Shown: one piece after another, positions 29,318 to 38,469 of the stretch
Position numbering within the stretch: position 1 is the stretch's first letter
How the letters are laid out: the number at the start of each line of letters is the position of its first letter
Assembly: GCF_030149425.1 (NCBI RefSeq)
Contig: NZ_JASBRQ010000080.1
Location: 8,455-72,454, forward strand
DNA length: 64,000 nt
Direction of reading: 5' to 3'
Origin: Maricaulis sp.
GTDB taxonomy: Bacteria; Pseudomonadota; Alphaproteobacteria; Caulobacterales; Maricaulaceae
Translations under genes and position numbers: made by a program
The notes under the pieces: generated by a model
Told to the model about the DNA's origin: nothing
Database searches by the model: none
What the model saw: the letters and a program-made list of their open reading frames with translations, nothing else

Positions 29318-30486
29318 ACGCCGAGCACAGCCTTCAGCGCCTCGACCACCCGGACCGGATCGCTTTCGCTCATGCCCTGATACAGGGGCAGGCTCAGCGT
29401 ACGCTCGTAATAGTGTTGCGCTCCGGGCAGATCACTGTGGCCGTAGCGCGCCTTATAATAAGGCTGATCAGGCACCGGAATATAGTGCACCTGGGTGCCG
29501 ATACCGCGCTCACGCAAAGCCGACATCACCTCGCTCCTTGAGCGGCCGGCCGCGGCAAAGTCGATGCGTGCGGCATAGAGGTGGAGACAGGCATCATTCC
29601 CGGCGACGCGGGCGATGGGCTGAGCGAGAGGTGCCAGATCGGCAAGTGCCGCGTCATAGGCCGCAGCGAGCGCCTGGCGTTTTGCCTTGAAGGCCGCCAG
29701 TCGATGCAGCTGCGACTTGGCCAGCGCGGCCTGGATATCCGACAGGCGGTAATTCCAGCCGAGCACCTGCATTTCATGCCACCACGGTTCCTGCTCCTGG
29801 CGCTGATGCAGTGCCGGGTCGCGTTCAATGCCGTGACTGCGCAGGACGTCTATGGCCCGGGCCAGGTCCGCGCTTGGGGTGGTGACCAGACCGCCCTCAC
29901 CCGCGGCGATGGTTTTGACCGGATGGAAGGAGAAGGTCGCCGCATCGGCATGGGCACAATTGCCCGCCGCCCCCCAGGGCGCTGTCGTGCCAATCGCGTG
30001 GCAACTGTCTTCCACGATCACCGCCCCGGCAGCACGCGCAATGGCCTCGATCGCCGGCATGTCACAGATCTGACCGGCAAGATGCACGGGCAGAACCGCC
30101 TTGGCGCGACCACCGGCGCGATCAATGGCCTGCGCGAGACTGTCCGGCGTCATCAGACCGGTGTGAGGATCAACGTCGGCAAACACCACATCAGCGCCGC
30201 AATACAGCGCCGCATTGGCCGTCGCCATGAAGGTGATCGCCGGAACAATGGCGATATCCCCGGCGTCGACGCCGAGCGCGGCCAGGGCCAGGTGCAAGGC
30301 CGTTGTGCCATTGGAACAGGCGCGCGCATGGGGCGCCCCGGTTACCGCCTCAAACTCTTCCTCAAAAGCACGCACGGCCGGGCCCGTGGTCAGCCAATCG
30401 CTTTTGAGCACATCGATCACGGCATCGATATCGCTTTGATCAATCGACTGCCGTCCGTAAGGCAGGAACGTGTCGCTCATCACCAT
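29314..30486 (-). CDS. pseC: UDP-4-amino-4,6-dideoxy-N-acetyl-beta-L-altrosamine transaminase, PseC/FlmB (DegT family)
   Basis: 390 aa. LPYGRQSIDQSDIDAVIDVLKSDWLTTGP and the FSFHPVKTIAAGEGG PLP-lysine motif. Confidence 0.9.
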
Positions 30487-30527
30487 GTCCTTTCATGCCC
30501 GCCGATCATGCGGCGAGTCGCCCATAC

Positions 30528-30552
30528 AGAAACGGCTCCCCGAAGGGAGCCG
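30528..30552 (-). terminator. Terminator of flagellin gene 1
   Basis: CGGCTCCC-ttcg-GGGAGCCG on the minus strand, followed by TTTCT. Confidence 0.6.
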
Positions 30553-30591
30553 CATCCGTGGTGGTGGAGAAGGTCAGGCCAGCCAAAGGGC

Positions 30592-31425
30592 TTAGCCCTG
30601 GAACAGGTTGAGGATGATCTGCGGCGCCGAATTGGCAATCGACAGCGCCTGCACACCGAGTTGCTGCTTGACCTGCAAGGCCTGGAGTTTGGCACTCTCC
30701 GTCGCCAGGTCCGCGTCAACAAGGTCGCCGACGCCCTTTTCAAGGCTGTCCATGAGCTTGTTGACGAAACCGGAATGGGCTTCGAGCTTCTTGGTGTCGG
30801 AACCCAGATTGGCAAGAGCCTGGTTGACGTTGTCCAGGCTGGTCTGGATCGTCGACGCGACCCCGCTGGCCAGCGTTACACTGCCCAGGCTTGCCGTCGC
30901 AGCCAGCGTCATGATGGTGCCGCCGAAGGTGAGGTCCTGGGACTTCAGGGTTACCGTGCGCGAGGCATCTGCATCGGCGAGGAATTCAATCCCCGCAGTG
31001 ACAGAGCCATTGACCATGTTGGCACCATCAAACTCGGCATTGTCTATGATGACCTGGATCTGATCGAGCAGCGACTTGAAGTCGCTGTCATAGGCCGCGC
31101 GGGAGAAGGTATCGAGCGACGGGTCCATAGCCGCCACGGCCTTTTCACGCATCTGCACCAGCAGGTCGGAGATGGCTTCGCCTGCGGCCAGGGCCACATC
31201 GCCGATGGTCGAGGCGCGATCGAGACCGGATTGCACAGCGTCGAGCGCCCGGATGTCGGCCCGCATGGACTGGGCGACAGCATAGATGGCGGCATTGTCC
31301 TTGGATCCACCGATTTTCAGGCCGGTATTAATGCGCGACTGGGTCTGTTCCATTTCCTCATTGGTCTTGGTGAGGTTCTGGAGCGCGATCATCGCGGCGC
31401 TATTGGTATGGACACTCAAGGTCAT
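30592..31425 (-). CDS. Flagellin (paralogue 1, most divergent)
   Basis: 277 aa from ATG 31425 (MTLSVHTNSAAMIALQNL...). Flagellin N-terminal (QSRINTGLKI) and C-terminal (VDADLATESAKLQALQVKQQLGVQALSIAN) signatures. The ORF-track extension to 31515 was rejected. Confidence 0.9.
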   Translation of the reverse strand: MTLSVHTNSAAMIALQNLTKTNEEMEQTQSRINTGLKIGGSKDNAAIYAVAQSMRADIRALDAVQSGLDRASTIGDVALAAGEAISDLLVQMREKAVAAMDPSLDTFSRAAYDSDFKSLLDQIQVIIDNAEFDGANMVNGSVTAGIEFLADADASRTVTLKSQDLTFGGTIMTLAATASLGSVTLASGVASTIQTSLDNVNQALANLGSDTKKLEAHSGFVNKLMDSLEKGVGDLVDADLATESAKLQALQVKQQLGVQALSIANSAPQIILNLFQG

Positions 31426-31484
31426 GCGACATTCTCCGCAAATTCTTCCAGCTGCACTTTTGCAGCGTCTTCGGCGGACAAGGC

Positions 31485-31499
31485 GCAAGAGGCGTGCCG
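31485..31499 (-). promoter_or_regulatory. Sigma54 promoter of flagellin 1
   Basis: The minus strand reads CGGCACGcctcTTGC, 60 nt upstream of the ATG. Confidence 0.6.
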
Positions 31500-31626
31500 A
31501 ACTGGCACAGACCAATCAAGCCACTATAAACATTGATTAAAATGCAAAACACCCGGCGGGTCGCCAGGGTGTTTTGCTAGAGTTTGCCGGGACTTGCCTG
31601 CCCGGGCGGTCATTTTTGCCGGGCTG

Positions 31627-31992
31627 TCAGGCCCGCTGATTAATCAGTCCGGCGGTCTGCGTCCGCAGATATTCCAGCAGCTCGGAGTGGGTCTCCGGCG
31701 GCCAGCGGCGGACCGCCTCACCGGTATCCTGATCGACCATCATATAGATAAAGTCCTTGGAAGAGGTGTCGCGCGTGATCGAAAGGCGGGAGTTTTTGAA
31801 GGCCCCGTCGGCCAGTTGTTCGATCTCTGCAGCGGTTTCTTCGGCCGGCTTGCGGCGTAGACTCGTCCCGTCCTGTTTCTCAACAGGTTGAACCCGCTTG
31901 TCATCAGACTGGATGCGGTCGGAGATTTTGTCCCGGCTGTCGGAGGTTGGAACCACCACGACAGACGATGGGTTGAAGCCTGTCTCTGCCAT
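31627..31992 (-). CDS. flaG: FlaG-family flagellar protein
   Basis: 121 aa. C-terminal SRLSITRDTSSKDFIYMMVDQDTGEAVRRWPPE matches the FlaG pattern. Located between flagellin genes. Confidence 0.75.
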   Translation of the reverse strand: MAETGFNPSSVVVVPTSDSRDKISDRIQSDDKRVQPVEKQDGTSLRRKPAEETAAEIEQLADGAFKNSRLSITRDTSSKDFIYMMVDQDTGEAVRRWPPETHSELLEYLRTQTAGLINQRA

Positions 31993-32060
31993 TTCTTCTT
32001 CGCTGACGCGGAGGCATCAGCGCCTCCATTGAATATATTCCCGCCGTCAACTCCGGGAAT

Positions 32061-32085
32061 GGGTGGCGGGACTAGCCCGCCACCC
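32061..32085 (-). terminator. Hairpin downstream of flagellin gene 2
   Basis: GGGTGGCGGG-actag-CCCGCCACCC 10-bp stem with a poor U-tract. Confidence 0.5.
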
Positions 32086-32095
32086 GACCCGTGAA

Positions 32096-32920
32096 TTAAC
32101 GGAAGTAACCCAGGATCGTGCTCGGCGCCGAGTTGGCGATCGACAGAGCCTGAACGCCAAGCTGCTGCTTGACCTGCAGGGACTGCAAACGCGCACTCTC
32201 TTTCGCCAGGTCCGCGTCGACGAGGTTGCCGATACCCTTCTCCAGGGCATCAGACAGCTTGCCAACGAAGTCCTTGTGCACTTCGAGGGACTTCGAACCC
32301 GTACCCAGACGCGCCAGCGACTGGTTCAGGTTGTCGAGGGAGGTTTCGATCGTGGTCACGATCGTGGATGCATCGCCAGCCGTTGCGAAGGACGCAGTAG
32401 CCGCCAGGGTCACAACACCGCCACCCAGCGAGAGGTTCTCGTCGGAAATACGGATGGAGTTGGAACCGTCGGCATTCGCCAGAGCGGAGATCGACGTCAC
32501 GGAACCATTGATCATGTTCGTGCCGTTGAACTCAGCGTTGGAGACGATCGTGGTGATCTGGTCACGAAGGGACTTGAAGTCCTCGTTCAGAGCAGAACGC
32601 GACGAAGCGTCGAGCGAGCTATCAGCAGCAGCCAGAGCCTTTTCCTTCATCTCGACGAGGAGATCGGAAATGGCCTCACCACCGGCCAGGGCGACATCAG
32701 CGGTCGAAGCGGCCAGGTCGAGCGAGTTGCCGACTGCCGAATAACCATTGACGTCAGACCGCATCTTTTGAGCGATCGCGAAGACACCACCATTGTCCTT
32801 AGCGGACGACACAGCGAGACCCGTGTTGATGCGGGACTGAACCTGCTGCAGTTCTTTGTTGGTAGAATTCAGGTTCTGCAGCGCAACCATGGCGCCAGCA
32901 TTGGTATTGATAGTAGCCAT
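32096..32920 (-). CDS. Flagellin (paralogue 2)
   Basis: 274 aa. MATINTNAGAMVALQNLN..., QSRINTGL, and C-terminal LVDADLAKESARLQSLQVKQQLGVQALSIAN. Confidence 0.95.
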   Translation of the reverse strand: MATINTNAGAMVALQNLNSTNKELQQVQSRINTGLAVSSAKDNGGVFAIAQKMRSDVNGYSAVGNSLDLAASTADVALAGGEAISDLLVEMKEKALAAADSSLDASSRSALNEDFKSLRDQITTIVSNAEFNGTNMINGSVTSISALANADGSNSIRISDENLSLGGGVVTLAATASFATAGDASTIVTTIETSLDNLNQSLARLGTGSKSLEVHKDFVGKLSDALEKGIGNLVDADLAKESARLQSLQVKQQLGVQALSIANSAPSTILGYFR

Positions 32921-32991
32921 TTCTTGGCCCTTTCCTTTCTAGGTTTCCGAGCGTTTTGCTCGCTGGGTCTTCTGACCCGCTTGTGGAAAGA

Positions 32992-33006
32992 GCAAGGACG
33001 GGGCCA
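32992..33006 (-). promoter_or_regulatory. Sigma54 promoter of flagellin 2
   Basis: The minus strand reads TGGCCCCgtccTTGC, 72 nt upstream of the ATG. Confidence 0.55.
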
Positions 33007-33093
33007 ATTGCCTGTTGACGTGCGGCGTTAACCTCGATTCGCGTGATTCGGTAGGTGATATTTGCCGACTCAAATCTGCCGGGGGTAACCATT

Positions 33094-33160
33094 GGCCCGG
33101 CAAAAATTGCCCACTGAACACACAAAAACGCCCGGCAAAATCTGCCGGGCGGCAAAAATG
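33094..33160. promoter_or_regulatory. Cluster of GCCCGGCAAAA / CTGCCGGGC motifs (candidate NtrC/FlbD-type enhancer, ftr-like)
   Basis: Reads ggCCCGGCAAAAattgccc ... gCCCGGCAAAAtCTGCCGGGCGGCAAAAatg. Lies about 90-150 bp upstream of the flagellin-2 sigma54 promoter. Confidence 0.4.
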
Positions 33161-33223
33161 TATGGTTTACAGAAGGTTAATAGGCGATTTCGGGCACGCG
33201 AAATCGCCACGAGTGGAACCGCA

Positions 33224-33260
33224 GAAAAAAAATTGCTGGGATCGCCGAAGCGATCCCAGC
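33224..33260 (-). terminator. Rho-independent terminator of flagellin gene 3
   Basis: GCTGGGATCGC-ttcg-GCGATCCCAGC on the minus strand, followed by a long T-run (complement of the A9 run at 33224-33232). Confidence 0.85.
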
Positions 33261-33274
33261 CAAACCCACGGACC

Positions 33275-34099
33275 TTACTGGAAGAAGGACAGGATCGTGG
33301 ACGGTGCCTGGTTGGCAATGGAGAGCGCCTGCACGCCCAGCTGCTGCTTTGTCTGCAACGACTGGAGCCTTGCGCTTTCCTTGGCCAGGTCGGCATCGAC
33401 CAGCGCCCCGATACCCTGTTCGACAGCGTCAGACAGTTTCGTCACGAAGTTATTGTGGACTTCGAGCGATTTGGAACCGGTACCCAGACGCGCGAGCGAC
33501 TGGTTCAGGTTGTCCAAAGAGGTCTCGATCGTCGTCACGATGGTGGAAGCATCACCCGCCGTTGCGAAAGACGCCGTCGCTGCGAGGGTGACAACACCAC
33601 CGCCCAGAGACAGGTTTTCGTCCGAGATCCGAATGGAGTTCGTACCATCGGCATTGGCGAGAGCGGAGATCGACGTCACGGAGTTGTTGATGATGTTCGT
33701 GCCGTTGAATTCCGCATTGCTCACGATCGTCGTGATCTGATCGCGCAGCGACTTGAAGTCTTCGTTCAAGGCGGTGCGGGACTGCGTGTCGAGAGATGCA
33801 TCGGCGGCCGCGAGGGCCTTTTCCTTCATTTCGATCAGCAGGTCGGAGATGGCCTCACCGGCCGCGATACCGACATCTACCATCGAAGTCGACAGGTCGA
33901 GACTCTGCTTCACCACACCAAAGCCGGCGACCTGGCTACGCATGCGCTGGGCGATAGCGAAGATACCGCCATCGTCCTTGGCACCGGAGACATTGAGGCC
34001 GGTATTGATACGGGATTGGGTCTCGGCAAGATCCATATTGGTTTTGTTCAGGTTCTGCAGGGCGACCATGGCCGCCGCATTCGTGTTCACAGAAAGCAT
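33275..34099 (-). CDS. Flagellin (paralogue 3)
   Basis: 274 aa. MLSVNTNAAAMVALQNLN..., with a C-terminal flagellin signature. Confidence 0.95.
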   Translation of the reverse strand: MLSVNTNAAAMVALQNLNKTNMDLAETQSRINTGLNVSGAKDDGGIFAIAQRMRSQVAGFGVVKQSLDLSTSMVDVGIAAGEAISDLLIEMKEKALAAADASLDTQSRTALNEDFKSLRDQITTIVSNAEFNGTNIINNSVTSISALANADGTNSIRISDENLSLGGGVVTLAATASFATAGDASTIVTTIETSLDNLNQSLARLGTGSKSLEVHNNFVTKLSDAVEQGIGALVDADLAKESARLQSLQTKQQLGVQALSIANQAPSTILSFFQ

Positions 34100-34174
34100 G
34101 TTCTAAGTCCTCCGTTCTGGAAGCAATGGAGGTCGACTTTTTCGACCCTGGGCGTTTTGCCCGCAGAAGACTTC

Positions 34175-34189
34175 GCAAGCCGCGTGCCG
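34175..34189 (-). promoter_or_regulatory. Sigma54 promoter of flagellin 3
   Basis: The minus strand reads CGGCACGcggcTTGC, 76 nt upstream of the ATG. Confidence 0.6.
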
Positions 34190-34267
34190 CGCGACTGCAT
34201 GAATTTCACGAATGTTTTCAGAGTTATAGAATATTAAAAGGCGCCACCGGAACGGTAGCGCCTGAAA

Positions 34268-34298
34268 CTGCCGGGCAAAAATGTACGGGCGGCAAATC
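34268..34298. promoter_or_regulatory. CTGCCGGGCAAAAatgtaCGGGCGGCAAAtc motif pair (candidate enhancer, ftr-like)
   Basis: Shares CTGCCGGGC and GGCAAAAATGTA with the 33141..33163 copy. Lies about 80-120 bp upstream of the flagellin-3 sigma54 promoter and abuts the flaF stop. Confidence 0.4.
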
Positions 34299-34669
34299 TA
34301 GCCCGCCGCCGCTCCGGCACCCTGGGGCATCAGCCCCTGCATGATCATGCGATTGATATCGACCAGGTCGTCGATCGCGGACGGATCGCGCATGGCGACA
34401 CTGGTATGCTTGGACACGAAGAGCGACAGCGAAATGATCGATGCACGCAGCTGATCGGGCAGCTGGTTTTCCTCACTGGCACAATCAGTGGCGAAATTGC
34501 TCCACATACGCCGGTTGAGGTCGAGCGCTTCCATACGGCTCTTGATATCGTCCTTGGGCGTATCCTTCGCCGTCATCAGGCCGCGCGTCACATGCGCGAA
34601 CAGGCGGTATTCAGTGGCACGGGGATCTTCGCTGCGATTGGACGCAGCCTGGTACGCCTGAAGGGACAT
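34298..34669 (-). CDS. flaF: Flagellar biosynthesis regulator FlaF
   Basis: 123 aa. [32 protein letters not shown]-terminus typical of FlaF. TAATG coupling with flbT. Confidence 0.85.
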   Translation of the reverse strand: MSLQAYQAASNRSEDPRATEYRLFAHVTRGLMTAKDTPKDDIKSRMEALDLNRRMWSNFATDCASEENQLPDQLRASIISLSLFVSKHTSVAMRDPSAIDDLVDINRMIMQGLMPQGAGAAAG

Positions 34670-35055
34670 TAGGCCAGCCTCTCCGCTTCATACTTCATGA
34701 GCTTTCGGCAACCGAGCAGGGCCTTGTAGTACTCGGACGCCATCACATCCCGGCTCACCGACACGCAAATGCCGAGCACTTCGGGATCGGCGACCACGCC
34801 CATGAATTCGTTCATGCGCAGCACGAACTCATCATAAAGCGCATCATCAGCCTTGCCGCCGAGATACATCATCATGATCGGGAAATAGATGCGCGTGACA
34901 GGCGTGTTCACATCCTCTTCCTGGAGGATGTCCTTTTCACGCAGGACGGAAGCCTTGTTCTTCAGCACAAGATTCGAGCGCCGGTCACCGTTTTCCATAA
35001 CGGCGCCGTTTATCACGAATTTCTCGCCTGGCTTGAGCGAGATTTTCAGCGGCAT
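34669..35055 (-). CDS. flbT: Flagellin translational repressor FlbT
   Basis: [32 protein letters not shown]-terminus typical of FlbT. ATG 35055 preferred over the TTG 35076 of the ORF track. Confidence 0.85.
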   Translation of the reverse strand: MPLKISLKPGEKFVINGAVMENGDRRSNLVLKNKASVLREKDILQEEDVNTPVTRIYFPIMMMYLGGKADDALYDEFVLRMNEFMGVVADPEVLGICVSVSRDVMASEYYKALLGCRKLMKYEAERLA

Positions 35056-35231
35056 CGAGACAACTCCAGCTTCCAAACACCGTCATGGTGCGGGATTCGT
35101 GGCGTAAGACTGCAGAGCGCGGGTGAAGAAAAGGTTTCCAGCTGCGCATCCAAGACGAACAATCCCGTTAGCGAGTTCTTAAATCGAATCCTGAGCCCTT
35201 GGCCTGTTGATCAGCTCTCCGGGTTTTCGCC

Positions 35232-37022
35232 ATGCAGGCCATATCTCTCAATATTGAAGCCGAGCTTCTCGCCGGCGCGGAAGAAGAAAAGCATGAGACA
35301 CCGCTCGTCGCGACACAGTCCGCGACAGCGCTGAAGCTCGATACGCATGTCAAACGTCTGTCCAAGGACACACGCAAGAAACACCAGAAAGTCGTCAGCC
35401 TGGTCAAACGGGCGATGCGGACCTCCGATGGCGGTGACCACCCTGCCGGCGCCCGTCTGGCCCATGAAGCGCTCGGGATCGCACCGGACCTGGCCCTGAC
35501 CAATCATGTCATGGGATTGATGCTGCTGCGCCTGGGGCGGCTTTCAACCTCGCTCGACTATTTCGAAAAGGCCTGGAAGCTCGACCCGCAGGACCCGGAG
35601 ATCTACCAGAAGCTCGGCCTTGTCGCCTGGAAGCTCGACATGCTGCCCGCGGCGGAAAAATTCTATCGCCTGCAAAACCAGATCGCGCCCAATCGCGTGG
35701 ACGGCATTCTCAACCTGACTGGCGTGCTGCGCGACCTCGGCAAGTTTGACGACGCCATCGAGATCCTGCGCACGGCGATCTATTCCGATCCGGAGAATTA
35801 CGATCTGTGGAATTCGCTTGGCTCGGTCGTGTCGGAGAGCGGCAAGCCGACCGAGGCAATTACCTTCTACCAGGAAGCCTTGCGCCTGGAGCCGGGCTAC
35901 TCGCGCGCCCACAATAATATGGCCAATGTCTTCGAGCTCATCGGCGAACCGGACAAGGCCCTGCCCCATTACGAGGAAGCGCTGAAAAACCCGGTCGATG
36001 CAGAGGATGAGGCGACCATGTCGCATGGCCGCTCCCTGGTCATGCTGGCCGCCGGACAGGTCCGCGAGGGCTGGGCCGCGAACGAGACAAGGCTCAACCC
36101 GAACCGTAAAGGCGCCACCCTTTTCACCATCGACAAGCCGATGTGGGATGGCGTCGACCCGGCGCAGATCCGTGGCAAGACGGTGATCATGGTCGGCGAG
36201 CAGGGGCTCGGTGACGAGGTGCTTTATCTCAACATTGCCAAAGACATGATCGATGCGATCGGGCCGGAGGGCGAGCTGCGCATCGCCTGCGAGTATCGCC
36301 TGGTCGACCTGGTCCAGCGCTCCTTCCCGCAGGCCCGCGTCTATCATCACCTGTCGACCGTGATCGAGGGCCGCGATGTCCGCGCGACGCCGCAACTGGA
36401 AGACGGCGCCGATTTCTGGACCCCGATGGCGACGCCACTGCGCGCCTTCCGCAATTCCATCGACGACTTCCCGACAACGCCGGGCTTTCTCACCGCAGAT
36501 CCGGAACAGCAGGCCTTCTTCCGCGCCCAGATGGATGAGTTCGGCGACGGGCTGAAAGTCGGTATTCTCTGGAAATCCCTGAAGATGACGGCCAAACGGG
36601 CCCGTTTCTTCTCGGCCTTCGATGCCTGGAAGCCAATCCTGAATGTGCCCGGGGTCGACTTCATCAATCTGCAGTATGGCGAGGTCGATGAAGAAATAGC
36701 CCTGGCCCAGGACCGCTATGGCGTGACGGTGCACCAGCCGCGCGAGATCGATCTGAAGATGGATCTGGACAAGGTCGCAGCCCTGTCCTCGGCCTGCGAT
36801 ATCGTCATCGGACCGATGAACGCGACCTCAAACCTCGCCGCGGCGTGCGGCGGCATGGTCTGGTTCTTCCATTCCCACAGCTCGGCCTGGACCCTGCTCG
36901 GCGAGGACCGGCAATACTGGTACCCGCACACCCGCTCCTTCTTCGGCGAGGGTTTCCAGGACTGGACCACCACGATGAAGAAGATCGCCGAAGCACTCGG
37001 CGAACGCGTCAAAGAGGGCTAG
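35232..37022 (+). CDS. flmG: FlmG-type flagellin glycosyltransferase (N-terminal TPR, C-terminal GT-B/GT9-like)
   Basis: 596 aa. TPR repeats (for example AIEILRTAIYSDPENYDLWNSLGSV, AITFYQEALRLEPGYSRAHNNMANV), then a heptosyltransferase-like C-terminus (VMVGEQGLGDEVLY). Embedded among pse and flagellin genes. Confidence 0.7.
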   Translation: MQAISLNIEAELLAGAEEEKHETPLVATQSATALKLDTHVKRLSKDTRKKHQKVVSLVKRAMRTSDGGDHPAGARLAHEALGIAPDLALTNHVMGLMLLRLGRLSTSLDYFEKAWKLDPQDPEIYQKLGLVAWKLDMLPAAEKFYRLQNQIAPNRVDGILNLTGVLRDLGKFDDAIEILRTAIYSDPENYDLWNSLGSVVSESGKPTEAITFYQEALRLEPGYSRAHNNMANVFELIGEPDKALPHYEEALKNPVDAEDEATMSHGRSLVMLAAGQVREGWAANETRLNPNRKGATLFTIDKPMWDGVDPAQIRGKTVIMVGEQGLGDEVLYLNIAKDMIDAIGPEGELRIACEYRLVDLVQRSFPQARVYHHLSTVIEGRDVRATPQLEDGADFWTPMATPLRAFRNSIDDFPTTPGFLTADPEQQAFFRAQMDEFGDGLKVGILWKSLKMTAKRARFFSAFDAWKPILNVPGVDFINLQYGEVDEEIALAQDRYGVTVHQPREIDLKMDLDKVAALSSACDIVIGPMNATSNLAAACGGMVWFFHSHSSAWTLLGEDRQYWYPHTRSFFGEGFQDWTTTMKKIAEALGERVKEG

Positions 37023-37796
37023 TCAGCCGGCCCAGCGCCGCTGTAGCGAAGCGCGGATGCCGCGCGCCAGCCGCAGCGTGTCATGGCGCTTGCCATTGAT
37101 CTGCGTCAGCTCGGGATGCTGGCGGCACACCTCCGCCAGCTCAGCCCAGCCGATCACGGCCGCGCGCGCCTCTCCGAGATGCGCGTAGACCGCCTGGCAA
37201 AACTCCAGATCTTCCGGGTAATCCAGCGTCCAGCGCATGCGCTCGACGCCATCGCCGGGACCGGTGAGATTGCCCAAGGTCAGATGCGCCTGGGCCCGGA
37301 TCCACGGCGTCACATGCTCGCGCGCCGCCGCGTCCGTCGCCTTGGCTTCGGCCTCGAACAGCAGACCGGCAGAAAACACTTCGCAATCGAGCCCGTGCGG
37401 GAAGAGCGGCGGGGCTGTGTTGTTGACATAATCGGCCGATGTCTCGCGCCACATCGCGATCACCTGGTCGCAGACGCGCGGATCCAGAAACGGGCAGTCA
37501 CTGGTCACCCGCATCACCGCATCCGCCTGCACTGCGCGCGCCGCATTGGCGTAGCGCGTCAGCACATCATCCTCCGGCCCGCGGGCCACGGCATAACCGG
37601 CCACCTCCGCAGCCTCGGCCACCGGGTCGTTTTCGGCACTGTCCGGCACCGTCGCGATCACCGTGTCCGCCGCGACAATCCGGGCGCAGCGGTCGAGCAC
37701 ACGGGCCAGAGCGGTTTTCGTCCCCAGCGGGTTGAGAATCTTGCCGGGCAGGCGCGAGGAGCCAAAGCGGGCCTGGACGATAACGGCGAGGGTCAT
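37023..37796 (-). CDS. Cytidylyltransferase (SpsF/FlmC-type; putative CMP-pseudaminic acid synthetase role)
   Basis: 257 aa. VIVQARFGSSRLPGKIL, TSDCPFLDP and REHVTPW motifs of the acylneuraminate/SpsF cytidylyltransferase fold. Confidence 0.75.
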   Translation of the reverse strand: MTLAVIVQARFGSSRLPGKILNPLGTKTALARVLDRCARIVAADTVIATVPDSAENDPVAEAAEVAGYAVARGPEDDVLTRYANAARAVQADAVMRVTSDCPFLDPRVCDQVIAMWRETSADYVNNTAPPLFPHGLDCEVFSAGLLFEAEAKATDAAAREHVTPWIRAQAHLTLGNLTGPGDGVERMRWTLDYPEDLEFCQAVYAHLGEARAAVIGWAELAEVCRQHPELTQINGKRHDTLRLARGIRASLQRRWAG

Positions 37797-37934
37797 GCGG
37801 GCGCTCCTGAAGTCATGTCCCGGTTAGAGCATGCTTCGCGCCGGCAGCGAAATCGGCCGCCACCGGAGGCAGACACGGCTTGTTTACGCCCGCAAGGCGA
37901 GACTCCTCACATTGATTCGACACGAGGACCGCGC

Positions 37935-38468
37935 ATGAGCGACGGCGCCGACATCACCCTCCTGCCCGCGGATGAGGCAGACATCTGGGATGTGCTCGCC
38001 TGGCGCAATCAGCCGCATGTGCGTGACAACATGTATACGGCCGACCCGATCAGCCGGGACACGCATGAAGCCTGGTTCAGCGCCGCCCTCGCCGACCCGG
38101 CCCGTGAGCTCTGGATCATCGCCGTCAATGGCACCAAATGCGGCCTCGTCACCCTGACCGATATCGTACGCACGCCGCCATCGAGCTGTAGCTGGGCCTT
38201 TTATATCGGCGATCTCGGCGTGGTCGGAAAAGGCGTCGGCAGTGCTGTGGAGACCCAGGTTCTGGACCGGGTCTTTGCAACCCTGAAGCTCGATGTCCTG
38301 CGCTGCGAAGTCCTCGCTTTCAACGCGCCCGTCATCGGGCTGCACAAGAAGTTCGGCTTTGAACAGAGCGGCCGGATCGAAAACCGCATCACCCGCGACG
38401 GCGATGGTATAGATGCCATCTGCCTGGAGCTGACCCGCGAGCGCTGGCGCGCCCGCCAGGAGGCCTGA
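37935..38468 (+). CDS. pseH: UDP-4-amino-4,6-dideoxy-N-acetyl-beta-L-altrosamine N-acetyltransferase, PseH/FlmH (GNAT)
   Basis: 177 aa from ATG 37935. LAWRNQPHVRDNMYT...HEAWF...WAFYIG pattern of PseH and GNAT motif A (VGKGVGSAV). The long ORF-track extension (37083) was rejected. Confidence 0.75.
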   Translation: MSDGADITLLPADEADIWDVLAWRNQPHVRDNMYTADPISRDTHEAWFSAALADPARELWIIAVNGTKCGLVTLTDIVRTPPSSCSWAFYIGDLGVVGKGVGSAVETQVLDRVFATLKLDVLRCEVLAFNAPVIGLHKKFGFEQSGRIENRITRDGDGIDAICLELTRERWRARQEA

Positions 38469-38469
38469 T

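Noticed and set aside
37083-37934. N-terminal extension of ORF 37083..38468. There are analogous extensions at 39324..39596 (MoxR), 54840..55238 (MarR), 46841..46921 (GST), 31426..31515 (flagellin 1) and 12805..12882 (flgF).
   Set aside because: The extensions overlap convincingly coding genes on the other strand, or promoter elements. The conserved family N-termini begin at the internal ATG codons I used.
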